This document shows, piece by piece, positions 49,979 to 57,585 of a stretch of DNA of 64,000 nt. The notes beneath the pieces are model-generated. The model saw only the letters and a program-made list of their open reading frames with translations, was not told the origin of the DNA and did not search any database. The DNA comes from Acidobacteriota bacterium (lineage in GTDB: Bacteria > Acidobacteriota > UBA890 > WLXD01). The stretch spans positions 1-64,000 of the forward strand of contig CAXWPH010000009.1 of assembly GCA_963666055.2 (NCBI GenBank). Reading direction: 5' to 3'. Positions within the stretch are counted from its first letter, which is position 1. The number at the start of each line of letters is the position of its first letter. The position numbers and the translations under genes are program-made.

Positions 49979-50028
49979 ATGACAGTACTTGTCCGTCCAT
50001 GGCCGTCCTTGTCATATCTTGAGAGGTC
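49979..50028. repeat. five degenerate direct repeats with exact 10-bp period
   Basis: ATGACAGTAC/TTGTCCGTCC/ATGGCCGTCC/TTGTCATATC/TTGAGAGGTC, upstream of the gldA-like gene. Confidence 0.6.
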
Positions 50029-50068
50029 AAAAATGGCCAAGAATAGCTTGGGGTGACTAATTGCTGGA

Positions 50069-50920
50069 TTACCGAATCCCGCCTACCCCTGCCAGCACGG
50101 CGGTTTGATCGTCGCCACCCGTGTACCAGCCCCAGGGCTGGTCGAAGGCGGTCTCGATCTGCTCGTTCGGCCCCGCCGAGTAACAGACCACGGCCGAGCT
50201 GAAGAACGGCTGATGGCGGCGCCAGTACGCATGGGTGTTGTATAGCGTAGCCGGCGGCAGGTGCAGGGCGAAGACATTTGCCATGTAGCGGTTGCCCCAC
50301 GGATCGGCATTGATGCGGTCGGCGATGTACGGACCACGCCATGGTGAATGCTGGTCCGCGAATCCGTCGACCAGGAAGCTCAGGCCAACCTGATAGTACG
50401 CGTCGGTGTCGGCGATGAACGTGGCGCCGCGCTGCAGCTGCCAATGGGTGGCGCCGATCGCCGAGGCTGGAATATCGCCGTTGCCGACCAGCAACCCGGC
50501 CGCCTGGTAGGAGCCGCCGGTGTTGTAGCTCACGCCGGTCGAATAGGCATTGACCGCACCCGGGCTCGACTGCCCGCCGGTAAACGAGTACGTCTGCGTC
50601 GTCACCCCGGTCTGTCGCGTGGTGGGCTCACCGCACCACTCACCGCAGTCATCCACACAAGCGCCGCAATCGCCTGGCGCCAGGTCGCAGCCTTCGCACC
50701 ACTCCATGCTGGTGGTGTGGGTCTGCTGCTGGACGAGCAGCTGCCCGCCGCTCGTCGCGCCGTAGCCGGAGGCCGCGTAGCCGGTCTGATAGCTGCGGTC
50801 GTAGCTTCCCCAGAAGGCGCTCTCGCCGACATCGTCGAGCATCATCTTGAGGGCCGTGCACAGCACGCCAAGGTCATCGCTCAGGCGAATCTTACGCGCC
50901 AGAGAGTTGAACTGGCCGAT
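50069..50920 (-). pseudogene. GspG-like pilin cassette F lacking prepilin leader and hydrophobic helix
   Basis: Frame reads IGQFNSLARKIRLSDDLGVLCTALKMMLDDVGESAF...WRGPYI...DPWGNRYMANV...SAGPNEQIETAF; in-frame stop upstream; no GFTLxE. Confidence 0.75.
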
Positions 50921-51043
50921 GCGTCCTCGAAGATAGCGCCTTCGCCGACGTCATCGAGCATCGCTTTGATCACCGAGCATATGGCGCCGAGATCCTCCTT
51001 GACGCGAACGAATCGGGCGAGCCGCTTATACCGGGCGACCGCG
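50881..51043 (-). pseudogene. pilin fragment E (amphipathic helix segment only)
   Basis: AVARYKRLARFVRVKEDLGAICSVIKAMLDDVGEGAIF aligns with the start of cassette F and the helix of cassette B; joined out of frame to F. Confidence 0.7.
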
Positions 51044-51370
51044 TTGTGCACCGGATATGCCGAGAGCTGGCGACGTGAGCCACGTCGTTTGCGTGGTCCC
51101 CAATGTAGAGCCAACAGGAAGGCTTGACCAAACCATCGCGCCCAGCGGCCGCGTTTGGCCCGCCGGTCGTGCCCTGGCGTCGTCGACCCTGGCAGCAGCA
51201 GCCAGCTCATGCCAGCACCCGCAGGCAAGCGGCTCAACGCGCGTCTGCGGAGTCCCAGCCTGGCGGTACATCGCCAGGGCCGCCCACGATTAGCAGATCG
51301 GGACATCGGCGGCCATGACCGCGCACCGGTGCTCCGGCGGGCGCGCATGTGCGCGGCACTCTGGCGAGCA

Positions 51371-51820
51371 TCAACCGGAATCGTGTTCGCCTACGAGCTT
51401 GAGACCGGCATCGCCACCATGGTTCTTCTGCCAGTACGCGATGTCCATTTCGCGGAACCGCCAGTGGCCACCGACGCTAACGTACGGCAGTCGACCCTCG
51501 ACGACCTCGCGCACCAGGGCATCGCGAGTCATCTCGAGGCGCAAGGCCAGGGTCGCAACCGTCTCTACGCGAATGCTGCTTTCCACGTGAGATCCCCAAC
51601 TGGTCCAGGCTTGGTCAACAATTGGGTGGAGCGTATGCAGCCTAGGCAATCCGCCGGCACGTTCCAGCCAGAGCTCGATGTCGCGTTCGCGAAAGCGCAA
51701 GTTGCCCGCAATGCTGACGTAGGGAAGCCGACAACGCTTGACTTCGCGCTCGATGGTGCGGCGCGGCAGGCCGAAGCGTTCTGCCAGAGTTTCGACGGTC
51801 TCGAGGCGCTGCCGCTTCAT
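51371..51820 (-). CDS. tandem (two-domain) excisionase-like HTH protein
   Basis: Two repeats: ETVETLAERF...RLPYVSIAGNLRFRERDI and ETVATLALRL...RLPYVSVGGHWRFREMDI. Confidence 0.85.
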   Translation of the reverse strand: MKRQRLETVETLAERFGLPRRTIEREVKRCRLPYVSIAGNLRFRERDIELWLERAGGLPRLHTLHPIVDQAWTSWGSHVESSIRVETVATLALRLEMTRDALVREVVEGRLPYVSVGGHWRFREMDIAYWQKNHGGDAGLKLVGEHDSG

Positions 51821-52040
51821 TGCTCACAACCGGGGGGTTCAAGGACTTGCCTTGTCTGGTGGAGAGCATGAAGCGAGCGCTGCGCACGCGCAACAGATCG
51901 AGTCCAGCCTTGGCCGCACGGGTCCACCGACCTCTGCCCCAACCGCAAAGACGGGTAGCAAAGGGACGGGTGGGAAAGCGCCAGATACCGCCGAACGTTC
52001 GGAGCCGTGGTTGGCTACGAGTCGCCGGCCACTGCGAACC

Positions 52041-52298
52041 TCAGAGTGAGGAGGACGCGTGGCGGCCTCGGCCGCCCTGAATCACGCGGAAGCGCGAGCG
52101 CTGCAGGCGGGAGCGCAAGTAGGACTCGACGTCGACCTTTCGATAGCGCCGGCGTCCTCCCACCATGACGAACGGGAGACGGCCGCGAGCCACCTCGCGC
52201 TGCACCGTCCTGGGGCTGACCTGTAGGTACTCGGCCAGCGAGAAGGTGGTGAACAGGGTTGTATCGGCCATCTGCGTCGACCTGTTTGTGGGGCTCAT
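52041..52298 (-). CDS. excisionase-like HTH protein (alternative start 52271)
   Basis: LAEYLQVSPRTVQREVARGRLPFVMVGGRRRYRKVDVESYL. Confidence 0.88.
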   Translation of the reverse strand: MSPTNRSTQMADTTLFTTFSLAEYLQVSPRTVQREVARGRLPFVMVGGRRRYRKVDVESYLRSRLQRSRFRVIQGGRGRHASSSL

Positions 52299-52482
52299 TC
52301 GCTCGATCTCTGTACGCTGGAATCGACCCTACCGTTCGTCAACAAAGTACGCAAACGGCGCCGCAGCGCGGTGGCCCGCCATGTCCGGTGAAAACGCGCG
52401 ATTCGATCAGAGGATCGACAGTGGTGGCCCTGGTCGCGTCGATCATGCCGGCTAGGCTGCAGTATGGCGAGCGACCCTCGAC

Positions 52483-53154
52483 TCATTGGATCCGGGCGCT
52501 GATGTCGAGGGGGCTGGCAGCGGCGTTGCCCAGCAGCTGCGCGTCGGCCGACGGGTACAGGGTGTCGAAGACACCATCAGGGCCCGCCGACAGGGCCCAT
52601 ACGGCCCGCTTCTGCTGCGCGCCACCGGCCTCGAAGGCGCCGGGATTCACCGACAGGTACTCCACGTTGATAGCGTAGCGGTTGCCCCATGGATCGCTCT
52701 GCATGTGCGCGTTGAGGTAGGGGCCGTTCCAACCCGATCCGCTGAGTGCGGTCTTCAACGGATAGCCGATGTCCCCTGACGAGGGACGATTATTGACCAA
52801 CTGGTTGGAGATGAAATCGACCATCGTGGGGTCTGTGTTCAGCCAGGGCTCTGCACCAAGGCGCGCCTCGCCAACGGCGCCGGGCGAGACCAGCAGGGCG
52901 ATGCGGCTCTGCCGCTGGCCGTCGGCGAACTGGGCGTGAAATCCGTTGTCCCGAAAGAACTCGAAGACCGAGTCGGCCAGGATCCGCACGTCGTTCTGCG
53001 CTCGTGCGAGCCGCGATTGGTGCAAGAAATTGAAGACCGACGGAGCAAGGATCAGACCGAGAATGGCGATCACCGCGAGGATGATGGTGATCTCCAACAG
53101 CGTGAAACCGCGCGCCCGCGCGCCGCTGCCGTCGGCTTCCGGCACTGGATTCAT
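52483..53154 (-). CDS. GspG-like prepilin D (intact)
   Basis: ARG|FTLLEITIILAVIAILGLILAP; WNGPYL; DPWGNRY; SAGPDG. Confidence 0.9.
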   Translation of the reverse strand: MNPVPEADGSGARARGFTLLEITIILAVIAILGLILAPSVFNFLHQSRLARAQNDVRILADSVFEFFRDNGFHAQFADGQRQSRIALLVSPGAVGEARLGAEPWLNTDPTMVDFISNQLVNNRPSSGDIGYPLKTALSGSGWNGPYLNAHMQSDPWGNRYAINVEYLSVNPGAFEAGGAQQKRAVWALSAGPDGVFDTLYPSADAQLLGNAAASPLDISARIQ

Positions 53155-53741
53155 CTGCTGCCCCCGGACACCACGCGGATCAAGTCGTCGTCGCCAGGTA
53201 CCACGCCGTCGATCTCGAACGGCGTATCGACCTCCTCGTCCGGGCCGGCAGACATCACGAAGATATCGAAGCGGTAGCCGGCGTTGTCCTCGGTGGCGCT
53301 GTCGGCGATCGGGTCCAGGTACAGAACGTTCACCGCATAGCGGTTTCCCCAGGGGTCGGATCGCACCGGCGCCGACACGTAGGGGCCGCGCCAAGCGAAC
53401 CGCGCGCCGAACCCTTGCTGGTTGGCGAACGGAGCGTTCCTAGACGGTACGGCGGCGATCCTGTCCTCGGGGGTCCGGTAACCGGCCGACGGTTCGTTGC
53501 CCGGCGTGTTCTGCACGAGATGGTTGGCAAGAGTATCGACCACGTGCCCATCGTACGGGCGCCGCCAGAGCCAGAGGTCGTCGCCGTTGCCCTCGTCAGG
53601 AGTGTCGCCGTCGCTGACGAGGCTCAGCACGGTCAGCACCACGAGGATGATCGTGTCCTCCACCAAGGTGAAGCCGCGGGCGCTCGCCTGGAACGATCGC
53701 ATCCGTGCGGTGCGCGTCGTCTTGAGGTGAGTGCGGGTCAT
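53151..53741 (-). CDS. GspG-like prepilin C with in-frame internal deletion (possible pseudogene)
   Basis: ARG|FTLVEDTIILVVLTVLS joins directly to LVSDGDTP; WRGPYV, DPWGNRY, SAGPDEEVDTPF. Confidence 0.8.
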   Translation of the reverse strand: MTRTHLKTTRTARMRSFQASARGFTLVEDTIILVVLTVLSLVSDGDTPDEGNGDDLWLWRRPYDGHVVDTLANHLVQNTPGNEPSAGYRTPEDRIAAVPSRNAPFANQQGFGARFAWRGPYVSAPVRSDPWGNRYAVNVLYLDPIADSATEDNAGYRFDIFVMSAGPDEEVDTPFEIDGVVPGDDDLIRVVSGGSR

Positions 53742-53751
53742 CGAAGTCTCT

Positions 53752-54606
53752 TCAGCGCAAGGAACCGTAGGAAACCGGGTAGGCGATGTCGTCGTCGCCG
53801 AGAACGAAGCCGCCGACGGAACCGAACGGCGTATCGAGCTCCTCGTCCGGACCTGCCGAGAGCACGATCACAGGCCGGATAAAGCCGACCGAGTCGCCGC
53901 CCTGAGGCACCGTCAGCCAAGCGACGTTGGCCATGTAGCGATTGCCCCACGGATCCGGACGGATTGCATCCAGATAGGGGCCGCGCCAGGCGAACTCCGA
54001 GTTGAAGCCCTGGCCACTGCTGCCGTCAAAGTGTAATCCGCCAGGCACACCCGAGCTGTGATCGCCCGAGACCATATCGGCGGGTGTCCGATAACCCTTC
54101 CAGTCGGGGCCAGTGCCGCCATCGCCAAAGTCGCCCGGGTAGTTCTGGATCAGGTGATTGGCGAAGGTGTCGACAATTCCGCCGTTCAGCCATACATCGG
54201 GAAAGTCGGTGCCGGCATCGCCCACCGTCGAGCCCAGCGGCTCGCGCCACTCATAGAACTGACTGCCACCATCCGGCGTATCGCCATCGCCGATGAGCAG
54301 GCCGACCGGCGGAGCGTCACCGTCCTCGGAGTAGCGCTCGGGCGAGCGCCAGCTGGAGCCGCCCATGGGTTTGGAGTGGAACGAGCTCTCGCCGGTGTCC
54401 TTCAGCATGTGCATCATTGCAGCGCCGATCGCGGCAACATCCTCGCGAACGCGCGCGTCGCGCGCGTCGCGCAAGAACACCCCAACCTGCGGCAGCAGAA
54501 TGGCCGACAAGATCGCCAGGGCCATCACGATGATCGACACCTCGATCAGCGTGAATCCGCGATCACCGACGTTATTCTGGTGCCGTCCCTGGCCCAGTTT
54601 CGTCAT
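53752..54606 (-). CDS. GspG-like prepilin B (intact)
   Basis: DRG|FTLIEVSIIVMALAILSAILLP; WRGPYL; DPWGNRY; SAGPDEELDTPF. Confidence 0.9.
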   Translation of the reverse strand: MTKLGQGRHQNNVGDRGFTLIEVSIIVMALAILSAILLPQVGVFLRDARDARVREDVAAIGAAMMHMLKDTGESSFHSKPMGGSSWRSPERYSEDGDAPPVGLLIGDGDTPDGGSQFYEWREPLGSTVGDAGTDFPDVWLNGGIVDTFANHLIQNYPGDFGDGGTGPDWKGYRTPADMVSGDHSSGVPGGLHFDGSSGQGFNSEFAWRGPYLDAIRPDPWGNRYMANVAWLTVPQGGDSVGFIRPVIVLSAGPDEELDTPFGSVGGFVLGDDDIAYPVSYGSLR

Positions 54607-54650
54607 GGCTTTCTCCCTGCGTTTTCGGGCGTGGCAGGCTCGACGCATCG

Positions 54651-55135
54651 TCATCGTCCCGGCACGCTGTCGGGCCCGGTCGAGAACAACACCGCAATGT
54701 CGTCGTCCCCGGGGACGAACCCGTCCATTTCGAAGATCGAATCGATTTCCTGATCCGGACCCGCCGACAGCACCACCACATCGATGCCGTCCGTCTGGCT
54801 CAGGAAGTAAACGTTGGCGGCGTAGCGGTTGCCCCACGGGTCGCCGTGGCCGAGGTTTAGGTAGGCGCCGCCCCAGGCGTGCAACTGCGAGAGCGTGCCG
54901 GCGATCGGATCGCCGCACTCGGCCAGGCTCGCGAAAGCGCGGCCGGGGTCGTTTCCGGGTACGTTGGAGATCAGGTAATACTCGAAGAAGTCCACCCATG
55001 TGCCATCGACGGGCTCTGCCCAGCGCTCTCCGCCTTCGGGTCCCAAAGCCGGGATGTCGCCGGCGGTAACTAGAATCTCGACAGCGTCGCCGTAGCCGTG
55101 ATCTCGATCATCGTCATGCCATCGTTACGGCTCAA
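54651..55135 (-). pseudogene. GspG-like pilin cassette A with frameshifting internal deletion
   Basis: RBS plus TTG; (M)SRNDG|MTMIEIT, then a frame change near 55098 to GDAVEILVTAGDIP...WGGAYL...DPWGNRY...SAGPDQEIDSIF. Confidence 0.78.
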
Positions 55136-55211
55136 GGAATTCTCCCCTGGCGAGGGCACGGCTGCCGTAAATCTCCGGCGTCTGCGCCTCGGCGCAAACC
55201 GCAGACCATTT

Positions 55212-55430
55212 TCAGCGAATCGCCGCAACACGCTCTCCGAACAACGGTGTCGCGTCGTAGCGATCCTGCGATTGGCTCTGCAAGTACGTCTCCACGTCCT
55301 CCGGGCGATACCGGATGAGGTCGCGGATGCGGATGTACGGCAGTCGGCCGGCCTCACGCTCTCGACGCACGGTATGCGGCGAAACCTGCAAGTACTCGGC
55401 CAGAGATTCTGTCGTGTGAAGACCCAACAT
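55212..55430 (-). CDS. excisionase-like HTH protein
   Basis: LAEYLQVSPHTVRREREAGRLPYIRIRDLIRYRPEDVETYL; RBS GGAGG. Confidence 0.88.
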   Translation of the reverse strand: MLGLHTTESLAEYLQVSPHTVRREREAGRLPYIRIRDLIRYRPEDVETYLQSQSQDRYDATPLFGERVAAIR

Positions 55431-55503
55431 TGACTGCCTCCGTGTTTCCCCGCCCTTGCGGGGGTTCGGTCAACTGCGGTGCGAGTACAGGACCCGGTAG
55501 GAC

Positions 55504-55722
55504 CTAGCGCTCGCCCCAGTTGGCCTGCGAAGCAAACGTATCGGTGTCCAGCGACATGCTGGCGTTACGCTCGAGATATGACCGCACGTCGCTTTCGCGA
55601 TAGCGGATCTGCCCGCGAACGCGGCCAAACGGCAAGCGGCCCTCCTTGCGCTCGCGACGGATCGTCCGCGGCGAGACCTGGAGCAGCTCTGCGAGCGTCT
55701 CGGTGGTGTAAAGCTTCTGCAC
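55504..55722 (-). CDS. excisionase-like HTH protein
   Basis: GTG start after RBS GGGGAG; LAELLQVSPRTIRRERKEGRLPFGRVRGQIRYRESDVRSYL. Confidence 0.88.
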   Translation of the reverse strand: MQKLYTTETLAELLQVSPRTIRRERKEGRLPFGRVRGQIRYRESDVRSYLERNASMSLDTDTFASQANWGER

Positions 55723-55797
55723 GGTTGCGTACTCCCCTGTTGGCGGGTTTCGCCTCGTTTCGGTAGGCGCCGAGCCGAACTCGACACCCGAGGAGGG

Positions 55798-55814
55798 AGC
55801 AATCGCCGTGCCAA
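55798..55814 (-). promoter_or_regulatory. sigma54 (-24/-12) promoter
   Basis: Minus strand TTGGCACGGCGATTGCT, consensus TGGCACG-N4-TTGC. Confidence 0.9.
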
Positions 55815-55865
55815 ACTCGGCCGCGCCTCGTACGAGGCCACCGAACGCAGTCCGCTGTTTCTTCA

Positions 55866-56000
55866 TAAGTCACTGCAACAAAAGCGTTTATCGAATACTA
55901 GCGGTGCTCTACAGTGCTGGTAGCGTCTCCCCCGTCCGCCCGTACATTACGTCGATCGGAACTGACTGGGACACCGTAACTCACTGATATCAAAAGGTTT
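55866..56000. promoter_or_regulatory. two related IHF-like sites (55866-55889, 55977-56000)
   Basis: TAAGTCACTGCAACAAAAGCGTTT and TAACTCACTGATATCAAAAGGTTT; the second contains WATCARNNNNTTR (TATCAGTGAGTTA, minus strand). Confidence 0.6.
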
Positions 56001-56018
56001 GCCGTCTCACCTACAAGA

Positions 56019-56038
56019 CATGTAGGAACTCCTACATG
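56019..56038. promoter_or_regulatory. candidate upstream activator sequence
   Basis: CATGTAGGAACTCCTACATG palindrome containing TGT-N10-ACA, about 205 bp upstream of the sigma54 site. Confidence 0.65.
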
Positions 56039-56190
56039 CTGCGGGGGGATCGTCGATGCCAGGTGGGGACGCCGCCAGACAAGCCGGTACTCTCGCGGCC
56101 AGACATGGCCCCCAACGGCCAGGGGGAGCTTCGACCGTTTGCGTGGGCGGGTGAGAGGGCCCCGAAGAGATGCGCGGAGGGGCCGCCTAC

Positions 56191-57585
56191 TCAGCCTTTC
56201 AGTCGCTCCACGTCGATGCCGTGTTTCTTGACCTTGTGCCACATCGAGCGCTCGGAGATGCCCAGCCGTCGAGCCGCCGTCGTCTGGACGCCGCTGCTGC
56301 TACGTAGCGCGTCGATCAGAATCTGGCGTTCGATGCGGTACATCGTGATCGGCAGGCTATCATCGGTCCCGGTACGTGCCGCGCGCTCGGCGACAAGCGA
56401 TCCCTGCACGACTTCTAGCGGTAGGTCTTGTCGCCGCAACTCGTTGCCTTCGCTCCAGATCACCGCACGCTCGACCGCATGGCGCAGCTGCCGTACGTTC
56501 CCCGGCCAGGCATAACCAACCAAGGCGTCGAGGGCCGCAGGTGAGATGCGCTCCAGGCGCTTGCCGTGCACCTCGTTGGCTTCGTGGATGAAGTGTTCGG
56601 TGAGCAACGGAATGTCCTGCAAGCGCTCGCGCAGGGGCGGCAGATCAACGGTGACGACGTTGAGACGGAAGTAGAGGTCTTCGCGAAAGCGGCCCTCGCG
56701 GACCTCGAGTGCAAGATTGCGGTTGGTAGCTGCCACCACCCGAACGTCAACCCGCACGGGCGCCACTCCGCCAACCCGATCGAACTCACGCTCCTGCAAC
56801 ACGCGCAAGATCTTGGCCTGCGACTCCAGGCTCATGTCGCCGATCTCGTCGAGCAAGATCGTGCCGCGGTCGGCGAGCTCGAATTTTCCGATCTTGCGCT
56901 GGTGTGCGCCAGTGAACGCGCCCCGCTCGTGACCAAACAGCTCACTTTCCAGAAGCGTCTGGGGGATCGCCACGCAGTTCAGCTTCACGAACGGGCCGTC
57001 GGCCCGCTTGCTCTTGAAGTGAATGGCCGCCGCCACGAGCTCCTTGCCAGTGCCACTCTCGCCAAGCACCAGGACGGTGGTGTCCGACCGCACGACCTTC
57101 CCCAGGGTCTCGAAGACTTGTTTCATGGCCCGCGACTTGCCGATCATGTTGCCGAAACCGCTGACCCCTCCGGCCTGGGCGCGTAGCCTGCTGCCCTCAC
57201 GCGCCAAGGTGCGCCGCTCTAGCGCGCGTCCGATGACGACGCGCAGCTCGTCGATCTGTATCGGCTTGGTGAAGAAGTCGTACGCTCCGCGGTCAACCGC
57301 AAGCGCAGCGGTACGCCGGCTGCCATAGGCGGTCATCATCGCCACCAGAACGGCTGGCTGAAGTCGCCGCACCTCCTCGAGTATGTCCAGTCCGGCGGCA
57401 TCAGGGAGGCGCTGATCTAGCAATACGAAGTCGTATCCTCCGTCGGGCTCTGCCAGCAGCTCGAGGCCCTCGGCAGCGGTCTCGGCCTCATCGATCACGA
57501 GACCTTCGCGAGCCAACGCTGCATGGAGCGTATAGCGCAACTCGGGATCATCATCGATGATGAGCAGTCGCTTCGTATCTACCAT
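56191..57585 (-). CDS. NtrC-family sigma54-dependent response regulator (PilR-like)
   Basis: Receiver IIDDD...LLDQRLP...KP, GESGTGKE, GAFTGA, WPGNVRQL, Fis HTH. Confidence 0.95.
   Translation of the reverse strand: MVDTKRLLIIDDDPELRYTLHAALAREGLVIDEAETAAEGLELLAEPDGGYDFVLLDQRLPDAAGLDILEEVRRLQPAVLVAMMTAYGSRRTAALAVDRGAYDFFTKPIQIDELRVVIGRALERRTLAREGSRLRAQAGGVSGFGNMIGKSRAMKQVFETLGKVVRSDTTVLVLGESGTGKELVAAAIHFKSKRADGPFVKLNCVAIPQTLLESELFGHERGAFTGAHQRKIGKFELADRGTILLDEIGDMSLESQAKILRVLQEREFDRVGGVAPVRVDVRVVAATNRNLALEVREGRFREDLYFRLNVVTVDLPPLRERLQDIPLLTEHFIHEANEVHGKRLERISPAALDALVGYAWPGNVRQLRHAVERAVIWSEGNELRRQDLPLEVVQGSLVAERAARTGTDDSLPITMYRIERQILIDALRSSSGVQTTAARRLGISERSMWHKVKKHGIDVERLKG

Noticed and set aside
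49979-50028. CRISPR array
   Set aside because: The repeats are 10 bp, degenerate and lack spacers; no cas genes.
52436-52451. sigma54-like CGGCATGATCGACGC (and TCGGCATATCCGGTGCA at 51047-51063)
   Set aside because: Spacing is correct but the -12 and -24 matches are poor; plausible by chance in GC-rich DNA.
53752-54999. 415-aa ORF as a single protein (likewise 52483-53394 and 46626-48731)
   Set aside because: The N-terminal extensions overlap upstream genes in another frame; prepilin leaders and RBS positions give starts at 54606, 53154 and 48065.
50069-55135. Diversity-generating retroelement or shufflon acting on pilins
   Set aside because: No reverse transcriptase, no adenine-specific TR/VR pair and no recombinase; all cassettes share one orientation.
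51371-55722. Prophage or integrative element implied by excisionase-like genes
   Set aside because: No integrase, att-like repeat, tRNA or phage structural gene is in the window.
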